A stretch of DNA of 64,000 bases, from the NCBI GenBank assembly GCA_964016885.1, contig OZ024746.1, positions 70,618,001-70,682,000 of the forward strand. Reading direction: 5' to 3'. Source of the DNA: Eledone cirrhosa (taxonomy: Eukaryota). Under the pieces are notes generated by a model. It had not been told where the DNA came from. It saw only the letters and a list, made by a program, of their open reading frames with translations, and searched no databases. This document shows positions 11,665 to 23,700 of the stretch, one piece after another. Position 1 is the first letter of the stretch, and the number at the start of each line of letters is the position of its first letter. The position numbers were made by a program, and so were the translations under genes.

Positions 11665-13599
11665 TTAAAGGTACAGTTATGTGTGTGTGTGTGTAAAGAG
11701 AGAGAATGCTCAGCCACTTACATGTTAATTTCACAAACAGGCTATCTGTGGATTGAACCACTAGAACACTCATTGTTCAAATCATAGTTCTATTCCTATG
11801 AGTTGTGTGGTTATGTTGTTTACACATCTGTCAGCCATTTAACTCTTATTCACTCTCTATATTTATCTAAGTTTTATATTTCTTTTCTGACAACTACAAC
11901 TACATTCTAATTTTTCTTCTTTCTTAAATTTCTTTGTATGAAAATAACACTAATTCAAAATTAACAAATATTTTATTACCATTAGCACCAAAAAAACAAA
12001 CCGAATAAACTAAAGATAAAGTAAAAGGCAAACCTACAATAATTAGGTATACCAAAAGTGTGTGTGTGTGTATGTATATATATATATATATACATACACA
12101 CACATACACATATATATATACACACACATTATATATATATATATATATATATAATACATAGACAGGGAGAAAGAAGCATAGTTGAATTGTTATGAGGTTT
12201 GTTTTACAATCATGGGGCCCAGATTTGATCCCAGAGACATCTAGGACCAGTGTCTTTCCATAAACTCAGGTGAACCAAAGCCTTGTGAATGAAACTGGGT
12301 AGACAGAAATGGACTGTACCTGTAATTCAAAAAACCAGCTATGTCATACTGTATCATACAAGCTAATTTTATGGGTTGGCTACACCTCTGATTGAACCAC
12401 ATTCACCATCATAATTCAGTAATGGCCCAAATATATATATATATAAATATGTGTGTAGATATATAGTGTTGTGTGCACATGTGTGTGTATGTATGTATAA
12501 TTAAACACCACTATATAAATATACATAAATATTTACAAACTGGTATTGATATGTGAACGCAAGCATGGCTGTGTGGTTAGGAAATTTACTTCGCAAACAC
12601 TTCGATCCTACTGTGCAGAACACTGCTTTTGGTTGACCAATGATTTTTTTTGTGTGAATTTTGGTAAACAGAAACTCTGCAGACGTCCGTCATGTGCGTG
12701 TGTGTGTGTGTGTGTGTGTGTGAAAGAGAGAGTTTGTTTTTATATTAGTGGAGATGATAAGTGGTATGTTCAAACAAGAATATCCTGGCTGAATTGTCTG
12801 ATGAGTTATCTCCCTTCACAACACTATCCACTTTGCATTTTCGTATTTTCGTATTTTCATAAGAACGATGAAAGAAGTACCAGACTAAGTCCGGTATCAA
12901 TATAATCAACTAAAAACCTTGAAAGTGGAGCGCCAGCATGGCTACAAACTGAAACCAGCAAATATGGAATAAAAGATGATATAAACGAGCTGCAGCACAG
13001 AATTAACCTAGTAGCAAGAATAGCATATACATCAGGTCCCACACTTTTAAATGCCCAGCACTAAATGTTTTATTATAACTATAGTACTTTTAACTTTTAT
13101 GATATGAACAACTGAGTGTTTAAGATTGATCCAATACCCAGAATACTTCTGAGATCTAATATATATAAAATTAAATGCTTGCAAGCTATCAAGTCTGATT
13201 CAGTGATTCTGCATTTGCTCTATTACCAATACACTTCAAATCAAACAAATGAAAAATAATGAAATTGACTGGCAACAGCTAATGGGCAGACATACGTCAT
13301 TTTTGTCGGATGGACTTACCATTGTATTTCTCTATATTTTAATGTTTTAAACTTGTTTTACAACAATTGAGCTTAATTTTCAAAACCCTTTTGATATCAA
13401 CCCGTCTGAAACAACTTCTGGTTCTATGATGAAAAAACGTTTGTTCCTGTTTAAATTTAAACCTAGTAGAATTTTTGTGAGAACCTTTTCTTAATCTATG
13501 TTCTAAACACCAACTTAATAGCGAAAATGTTATTTTACTAAATCTCTCCACATATTTTGTTATTTTCAAAATTAATTAAAATCATAGGCAGTGTCCTTC

Positions 13600-14839
13600 A
13601 TTAGAAGTATAGTAATGAATTGATTAATTTTTTTATTCTCTTAAACTGAATGAATTAGATTATTACTAATAACATTATAGACACTGTAATATCAACCATC
13701 CTCATTAAATAAAATCAAGGTTGCTTAAACAGATAAAGAACATTTTATAGTGTACAGTTTTTATTTTAACCTAATGTTGTTAAGTAAATCTACAGCACAA
13801 ATAAGTTTAAATTAATAGAATAATATTTTCAGCAATAAATAAAAATTTACATTCTGAGTTGTAGATAAAGAAAGAATATTTAACTTATATACTTTGGTTT
13901 TAAATAACTAATTACAATGATTTGGAAAAAAAAGCTAGATTATTAATTTTGGGTTGGCCCCTTTTATTATAATATATGATACAGGCCCTGTATTAGTTTA
14001 ATCCAATCCTGACAAGCTGCAACCTTCACATAGCTTTAGGCATGAAAACAAAATATTTACAAATGACAAACAATAAAAATGATTCAGAATATTTGCACAA
14101 ATACAATCGTGAATAATTCTTGTTACTGATGAAAAATTTTGCAAACTATTTAAATAGAATTTGAAATGTTTAGTATATAAACAATGAAATAGCATAAACT
14201 ATTTGTACAGAAGCTATAATTACACATACTGATTTCTGAAAATGTAACCATTTGCCAAAGAAGGTTATGTATAAAATAAAATATCTTTTTACAACTCCTA
14301 AAGTAAGGAAGGAGTGACAATTTGAAACCAGAAACGAAAATAAAAGGAAAAATGTAAATTTACATTTTAAGAAAATTGGTCCACAAATATCAATCCTAGA
14401 TACTAAAAAAAAAGGAATGAATTTGACAACAAGAAATTTGAAGAGAGACTGATCACTTTAAATTGTTAAACAAGAATTAAACAAATATAACTGGATGGGA
14501 CATTCAGACACTGGTTAAGAACAACTGGTAGCAGTTTAGTAAAAGACTCAACTATGATGGATATCAACAATCACTGAACTAAACAATTAATAAATGGTTC
14601 CAAATTTAGCATCATGACAAATTTCATCAGTTAACATTCGAAAATGGCATGTAAGTTAAAACATACATTAAAAAGAAAACATTCTATGTAAAAAAAAAAA
14701 TTGTAGGAGTTCATGCCTAAAGCATTTTTAATATGAAATCACTTCATAGTGTAATAGTTTGAATCAGACCATTCACTGCCGATAGAAATACAAAGCATAA
14801 CTGCTTGAACATGTGCATTCAAGAAAAAAAAGGATTAAG

Positions 14840-14878
<39 letters not shown>

Positions 14879-15045
14879 ATATATACATATATATATATAT
14901 ATATTCTTTTATAGATGTAATATGTGAGAAGGCGTGAAGAAAAAAAAATTACTTAAAAGATTCAATGATATGACAAGAGATAGCCATGGTGCTACTGTAA
15001 ATCCAATGTGAGTACAGAACTGCAATGGCGCTTACACAATTGCTT
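13600..15045 (-). other. Probable ACSL 3' UTR with candidate polyadenylation signals
   Basis: AT-rich, transposon-poor stretch after the stop codon; minus-strand AATAAA at 13963-13968, 13760-13765 and 13632-13637. The true 3' end cannot be determined. Confidence 0.45.
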
Positions 15046-15186
15046 TTATTTATTCAAAATATTGTACATATTTTCAATTTGTAAGTGAAAATATTTGGCA
15101 ACATCTTGTCGCTTCATTTTCATAGTAGGTGTTAACAGTTCATTCTCAATAGTCATCAATTCAGAATGGAGATGTAAAGATTTCAC
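15046..15186 (-). CDS. ACSL1/5/6: ACSL terminal coding exon: [46 protein letters not shown]
   Basis: tttgcag acceptor; LLTPTxKxKR motif with the catalytic Lys; TAA stop at 15046-15048. Confidence 0.95.
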   Translation of the reverse strand: MKSLHLHSELMTIENELLTPTMKMKRQDVAKYFHLQIENMYNILNK

Positions 15187-17677
15187 CTGCAAAACAAAAA
15201 CAACATCAACAGTTAAGTAGCTTTTAAAATTTAGTAAAGACAATTAAAAAAATATATATATCATCATCATTTAATGTTTGTTTTCCCTGCTAGCAAGGGT
15301 TAGTTATATATATGATAGTTTTAAAAAAAAGCTTGCATGACTAAGTCTTTAGAATATGAATTCAAAATAGGGGGTACACGAAGGCACATGGCTTAGTGGT
15401 TAGAGCATTGGCCTTGCAATCGAAAGGTTGTGAGTTCAATTCTCGGACCAGGTGATGTGTTGTTTCCTTGAGCAAGACACTTTATTTCACATTGCTCCAG
15501 TTTAATCAGCTGTAGGAATGAGATGATAGGACTGGGGTCCCTTCATTCCACTGCAAAGTGGTCGTGGAGGTGCCACAGCAAAAAAGCACCCAGCATTCAC
15601 TGTAAATGAGGTTGGTGTTAGGAAGGGCATCCAGCTGTAGAAATCAAGCCAGAATCAGTTCCCGTATGAGCAAGACAAGGTCAGCCGACCAGACACTGCT
15701 AACAACAGGATAACTCGTCTAACCCATGCTAGCGTGGTGGAACGGACGTAAAACGATGATGATGATGATGATAATGACAGAAGAAAGTCAAAGGAAAAAA
15801 CAAGAGAAAAACAGACAGTCCCATCTCCTCAGTCAACCTCTGGAAATCACTACGATTTTGGTGCATTAAGGTTGATATGACTCATTCTAATGCACATTAG
15901 GACATAACAAAACAGGTAGAGACAAAGACAAGACAAGTTATGCCTTTAGGCAAATTACACAAATATACATGGAAAAGTATCACAAGTATGGAGGGAATGG
16001 TGCCAAAGGAGGAACAAATATAGAAAGGAGAGAAATATAAACAAAACAAAAGAGAATAATAGGGACTGTAGTCCAACGTCCAAACAAAGAAGAATGACAC
16101 CAAGGCATAGAAAAAGTAAGAAGAGAGAATAGAGGAACCAGCACTACCACTTTACAGATTGGGCTGAGCACATTTTATTGTGGAACCAGCATTACCACTT
16201 TACAGTGTGGAACCAATAGATAATTACAGAATCTCACCTGTTCAAATGAATTCAAATTAGCTTCTTTGCCAAGCTGAACAACATCTTGTAATATGTCCTT
16301 CTTTAACCTCTGCAATAACACAAAGTATAATATAAACAAATATATGAGTTAAAAATTCAATTAATGTTTTCATTTAACATAATAGATATAGAGTTTGATT
16401 GACAAGATCTCAGGCCTCATTCACTTACAAAGTGAAGTGGAACTTGTCAAATCATACCAAGGAAACAATGTTTCCATTGCTGATACAATCTACCGGTCAC
16501 AACATAATAAAATAACAAAACATTTTAATAAATATCATTCCAGACAACATTGTCATCTTCATCATTGTTTCACATCTGCATTCCCTGCTAGCAAGGGTTG
16601 GATGGATCACGAGCAAACTCTGTTGGTAATCATAGCCGAGATACTCAGATGGGCTGGCAGCCTGCAACTCACTTACATATGAGTACATTTTATGCGACAC
16701 CAGTACTAGGGAGGTCGTCTTTGATACAGCTGTAGAGTACTCTTGATCTGTTTAACATTTTTTAATTTTCATTTGCTAAGTTCATTGAAAAAAAACAACA
16801 AAAAACTAGAAATGTTGAGAAGAAACCAAATGCTGGTAAACATATTATGAGGGTAAATAAAACTAAACTTGGTTTTTTAATCTCAAAGTCAGGAGGAAGA
16901 GCAGTATCCATGTCTATTTTTATGACTGTCAAGACAAGTGGGAGGAGAGAAGAAGGCATGCTGATACTAGAGACCTGGTACCTATGGTTTAAGTGGTGGT
17001 GTTTAACCAGGGGACAGATTAAGCCTACCATCCAAATGACAGGTGGAAGAGAGGGAAGAAGGTAACCTGATATTGGGGACGTAGTTTATAAACTTGTAAT
17101 AAAGCAAATTCTGCTAGAGGTACTTATGGCTTAAGAGGTGGTGTTAAACCAAGTGATGGATTAAGTCTACCACTCAAATGAGATATTCTATTCATAAATA
17201 AAGAAACCTGCAATTTAAAACAATTTCTGGTCACCTTGTTCTTGCTTATCACTGGATATTTAATTATAAATACTTAGAGTATATGTTATACAAGTTACTA
17301 TAATCAAATAACTTGTTTCATTAATGAGATGGCTAATATTTGACAAGATGAAGCAATTTTTCTCTTTCTCTCCCCTCTCTCTTAAACACACACATCAATG
17401 CTTCTATATCTTTCACTCAGATGTCATATTCCAGAGGTTCTGGAAATATATCATTCTTACACAGATTTACTTCAGATTTTCACAAAACAAAGACGTCCAT
17501 TCTGGATTTCTTATAAAAATAACTGACATAAGTTTTCTTTATTTGATCATTCTTGTGATAAAAATCTGACTTCTACAAGAAACTCTTAAGAATATTACTA
17601 TTGTTCCAAGGCACAATTGCAAAGAATAGTATTGTATGCTTATTGTGACCAAACACTTCCTCCAGGCACACACACAA

Positions 17678-17709
<32 letters not shown>

Positions 17710-20700
17710 GTAGATTTATCTACATATATATATAAAGAATATATGTATGTAACAACAAACAGGGATATGGTGTATCTATTCTAAACCAGATACACATGGA
17801 GTAATATGTATATTTACTATTGTGAAGCAATGTGTTGTTAGCATAGCTATTATAAAGAAATAAAACGATCTGGGGTATAGCTAAGTTTTATATAGATAAA
17901 TACAAATTATACTTACAGGATCTTGAGCCATCTGTGCTAGGGAGCAATTCTCCACGCCATATTGCTCAGCGGCATATTTTGACAGAACCTCTTCATCGGG
18001 AACACAAATTGCAACTAAGCAAGCCTATTATGAAAAAGTAAAATACTAGATTAGCAAACATTATCCCCAACTTATTGGCTATTAAATAAGGGGTTGGGAT
18101 AGCAGAAATAGACAAAAACCAACCAATACATTTATAGGATATAGTTGAAAAATATTCCAGATGTATATAGCAGAAATCAGATCAGAACTAATCAATACAG
18201 GAGAAGAATATTCCAGTTGTTATCATCATAACCATCATTTAATGTCTGCTTTCCCTGCTAGTGAGAGTTGAAGGGTCTACATAGACCAAGTCAGTACTTA
18301 GTGGGGCTACTGACCTCCCAGAAGCCAGGGAGTGCGCATTTTGCTTATGTGTGGTCATACGTTCTATCAAGTGCAGAGAAGTTGTGTCTTTCGACACAAC
18401 TGAAAGGTCCTCCCACCCCCTTTTTGGCAAGCTTTCTATGGCTGGATGCCTTTCTTAACACCAACACTTTACAGTGTATACTGGGTGCTTTTATTGTATG
18501 GTTCACCAGCACTATGAAGATTGTTAAGTCTAACACAACTAAAAGGTCCTTGCAACTCTTGGTTTGGGAAGCTTTCTTCAGCTGGATGCCCTTCCTACCA
18601 CCAACCACTTTACAGCATGTACTGGATGCATTTATCATGTAGATCACCAACACTAGGGAGGTTGTCATATCCTTGACACTGTTATATGAGATATATTATG
18701 CTTTTGCATAACTATGGTTTAGCTGCAGCTAGCTGAAAAGACAAGGGAGTCAGATTACAAAAAAAGGTTAGAGAACTATAGTCTGTTTTGGCAGGTTGCT
18801 TAAACAGAGCTGACTTGGAGCAAAACAATAATAATTTTATACTTTTATAAAGCCAGACTATATGCATATAAATGATACAGCCATTATGCATGTATGGACC
18901 CATATCTCCTGACGAAGTTGTGGGGTACCGTTGTGATCTATGGCATGATGTGTCTTGGCGACTTTAAACCTGGCAGAGCCTATCCCTTCTCCAAGTCTGA
19001 ACACAGCTGATTTCTTTCAGAGAATGAGAGAGAGATAGTGACAGAGAAGAAGAATCAACTACAGTATCAGACTTGTACTTTTTGTTATCCACATCAAAAG
19101 GATGAAAGACGAAGCTGACGTCAGTAGGATTTGAGCATAGAGAGCCAAAATGAATATTGCAATGCATTCTATCTGATGTTCTAACAACTCAGCCAATATG
19201 ATGCTCTAAAACATAATACTGTCATTTTAATAAGAAACTAGACTTAGCTCTTTTGTTATTTCTGATGAAAGACACTGTGTCATTTTGAAAATAATCAAGA
19301 ATTTCAAATGATTTATTAAGATAACAAGCTTTCTCATTAAGCTGGTGTTTTGGGAATAGCTTAAAAAAGGTTCTTACATAAAATGATAAAGAAAAGTTTT
19401 TAGATGAATACAAACAGTTTAGTATCAAAAGGGGTTAGATCTTATCATGATAAATAATACATAAAAAACAAAAAAAAAACTTACTTGCAAGCTATCTCCA
19501 TGTACAAATACCTGGGCAACAAAACGACTACGAATGTAAATGTTTTCAATTTTCTCAGGAGCAATATATTCTCCCTGTTGAGATAAAGCATTAATTCAGA
19601 AATTACAATATACAATAAGTTAAATGGGAAATATACAGTGTATACTTGTATATAAGCCAAGAATTTAAGAAAGGAAGTTGAAAATTAAGAAATATTACCC
19701 TACTGTTATACCTCAGAAATGTGAAAGCAAAGATTATTTGCTTAAACTTTAATCAGTTCAAATAATCCCCATTCCACTAGCTTCATTAACTATTATTATA
19801 TATATATATAAAAGCTTTATTGGCTCAATCTAATTATCCTCCTCACAATACATATGTTAAGGTATGCTGATCTAACTTTAATTCACAAAACAATTTATTT
19901 ATTTTCAATAAGACAAAGATTAACTAAATGATTAACAGAAAGATTAACTAAATATATTTTTTAAATAAAAGCAAATTGCATTAGCAAGTATTACCTGTGC
20001 AAGTTTAAAGATATTCTTCTTTCTATCAATGATTTTCAAAGTTCCATTCTGAAAATTAAACAAAAATCATTAAAAGAACCATAAAAATTAGAAAGTAATT
20101 TAAAAGTTGATAATGTCAAACCTGACAGCTGATAAATCTAATGATTCATTTGTCCCCACTAGGTATACATATTTATTTAGGTGTTCCTGCATTTTCAGAT
20201 GCAAAAGGAAGCAAGTTTCTACCAGTATTGTTGATCTGCTGCAGTTCTTTCTGCATTCATCCAACTGGTTCTTGTGTGTTTGAGGTCTTCTTGAAATGTT
20301 TAGTGCCAGATGTTCTTGGTCTGGCCACTTTTTCATTTATCCTGTGTCAGTCATTACAGGTTTTGCATGACAAATGGTTAGCAGGCACAACACCACAACC
20401 GCCATCATCATCAAAATATGCTCAATAATAAAAACCAATGCAGTGCTATAGTATTTTGTAGGGATTAGCTTTGCAAAAGAATTTCTTCAGTTGTGACTGT
20501 GTCCCAATTTTGTTATATTAGTAAAAGTCATCAAATCCTTATCATCATTATTGTACATTTTTTCCATGTTGGAATGAGTTGAGTAGGTTGTCACAGCCCG
20601 ATCAAGGACCACATATCACTTACTTTCCATTTTTTGCATGGTTTTTACAGAATATAAGATGGTATGCAAGAGAGGAGACTGCACTAGTTTGGGTATGTGA

Positions 20701-23700
20701 TGCTTATGGATGATGATTGTTACATGAAGAAGTACCAAGAAATTGCAGTAGAGAAAAACTAAGGAATACCTGAACAGAAGTGGTGAGAGCTGATCTTAAA
20801 TTGCTGAACCTCACAAAAGAGATGACAAGGGAACACAATAAGTGGAAAGAAACTGTGTTGGAAAAGACCAGTCCAACACTAGAGAGATTGCCAAGTCCTT
20901 GACAGGACCAATGGATTCTTCCTATTCTATCAACATATTAATACTACAAATTAAAATTAAAAACAGTTGAGTCTGTAAAACCTTCAAAAACAAATCACTC
21001 AGAACCTTAGTTGACTGTAATTCAACTGAGCCTTACTTAAAAAAAATTATAATTTTTAATTATATACTAACTGTTAACCATTCTCCAACATCACCGGTAT
21101 GTAACCAGCCTGTATCCTCCAAAACTTCCTTGGTTTTCTCTTCATTTTTAAAATAACCATTGAATATATTATCACCTTTGACACAAATCTGAAATGAAAT
21201 GAAAGGTTGCAATGAGTTGTGATAAAATGCAAGGTATATATTTTTTTAACAAATGTTTTGTTTTTTTTAAAACTGAGTGCTAGAAAATGAAAAACAGAAT
21301 TATTTTTTAAATAATTACTTTCGCATATCTGCAAAAATTACATGTTCCAGATATATATTTTTCAAGACTGTCACACATTATTATTATTTAATCAAAAAGA
21401 ATGTACATTTAACAATGTTGAGATGGTCATAGTTGGAACACTTTTGATCATAGGTTGGGATGCTCAAGCAGTTGACCTGCTAGAAATAGAAGCCAACCTC
21501 AGCTCATGACAGGGTACATTTCCAGAATGGCCCTGTAGTATTCAGAGGTTACTAGGATTTGCATATCCATGCAGACTTCTTCTCATGGCATCCCATTTCT
21601 AGTCACTTTGGTGCTCACCACATAGCTGTAATGTTCCACAAAGGTAATGATCAGCATAGGATCAATGTTATTGCCATTGTCCTTCACCATGAGCTACGTG
21701 TGGCATCATTCCATGTATTGTGGAACTAGAGCATGACACACCAGCTTGCCCTGCTTTAATAGCTCCTCCTCAGTTTTGGAAACCAGACATATGAACTGAT
21801 AAGCCCTATCCCAACCGATGGAAGAGATATCACTTCAAACATCAGCCAGGGATACTGGTAATTTGACGGTATGGAAATTTAGAAATGCAGATATATGGGA
21901 TCTCCCTCTTTGCTAACTTTTGGATAAAAGCCTCAGACAGGGATATATTTCCCTTAATCACATATACTGCTATGTAGATCTTTTCTCTATTAGGTCAAAC
22001 ATGCTATTTCCCTCTTTGCTGCAAGTAATACTAATAAAGGAATTGCTGACAGTCACAGAGGGTCCTATCAGAAGCAACTGTCTCCTAATGCTTTGACTGG
22101 ATCCCCAAGCAAGACCAACCTAGCTCATGGATGTTATCAAACCATCTTGCTGTGGTCTACCTCTGGGTCTCTTGCCAGATGCCCTTCTTGATGTCAACCC
22201 TTTTGGTCACTTCTTATGGAAAATTTATTTCAGAACAACATTGTTGTTTTTACATCTGCTTTTCCATGTTTGCATGGGTTGGACATACTAGATAAAAACA
22301 TTTTAATTACCCAGAGCAAGCTGAAGACACATCTGCTCAAGGCAACATCCACAAAATAATTGTTTCTACTTTTGGCACAAGGCCAGCAATTATCCCAGTG
22401 CATAACTGGTACTTTATTTTATCGACCCCATAAGGATGAAAGACAAAGTTAACCTCGGCGGAATTTGAACTCAGGCCATGAAGGGCTGTAACTCTATGCT
22501 GCAAAGCATGCACCACCTTTAACAACAATAAAAACAACATCATTCCACATACCTCGCCTTTATTGTTTTCAGCAAAATAGTTCATCTCAGGAATGTCAAC
22601 AAGTTTAATACTGCAGCAACTTAATGGCGGGCCAACAGAACCTGTTAAAATAACATTCAATTTTATGTTTTTTTCGTTTTTTTTTTGTGTTTTTTTTACG
22701 TCCGCTTTTTCCCTGCTTGCAAGGGTGGGACAGGAACTGATTCTGGTTTGATTTCTACAGCTGGATGCCCTTCCTAACACCAACCTCATTTACAGTGAGT
22801 GCTGGGTGCTTTTTTGCCGTGGCACCTCCACGACCACTTTGCAGTGGAATGATATGGACCCCAGTCCCTATCATCTCATTTCTACAGCTGAGTAAACTGG
22901 AACAATGTGAAATAAAGTGTCTTGCTCAAGGAAACAACACATCACCCGGTCCGAGAATTGAACTCACAACCTTTCGATTGCCAGGCCAATGCTCTAACCA
23001 CTAAGCCATGTGCCTCCATGTGCTTGTGTTTATTATCATCATGTTATATATGAGCATTAGTAATATTTATCTACTGTATTAATAAATATATTCCCTCTCA
23101 GGACATATATCTATAATAAATAAATTATACTAGAGGTATACATCAATGATTACTGCTATGATAAAATTCACCTAGTACATCTTGTAAGGTGGTTAATATT
23201 AGGACGAGCATCCAGCTATAAATGCCATGCTAAATATGGAACAAAATAAGCAAGATTGGCTGTTCCAATATGTGTATATATATATATGCACACACACACA
23301 CACACACACACATGTATATATACACACATATATACATATCATCATCGTTTAACATCTATCTTCCACACTAGCATGGGTTAGACGGGAGTTGTTCCACTTG
23401 AGGCAAGATTGGTCGGGTGACCGTGTCTCGGTCGTATAGGACTATCTGGCAGGTTTTCTATGGCTGGATGCCCTTCCTAACACCAACCACATTTACAGTG
23501 TGGACTGGGAGCTTTTTACCGTATTACCTACACGACCACATTACAGTGTGGACTGTTTTTTTGTTGTGACACCTACATGACCTCATTAGTTTGGAATGGA
23601 TGTTGTGGTACCAACATAACTTTATAGAGAAAGGGTGGTGTTGGTGGGAGTGGGCGGATGGAGTAGGGGTAGTGGGTTGGGTGTATGTTTGGTTTAGAGG

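Noticed and set aside
14120-14175. Hammerhead-like CTGATGA...GAAA in the 3' UTR region (plus strand)
   Set aside because: Only A-U and G-U pairs in very AT-rich sequence; expected by chance.
15380-15450. tRNA gene
   Set aside because: Has A and B boxes but no acceptor-stem pairing, and it continues into SINE core and tail in several copies.
19253-19302. Hammerhead-like CTGATGA...GACAC/GTGTC...GAAA
   Set aside because: Stems I and III pair poorly; no TA tract or repeat context; likely chance.
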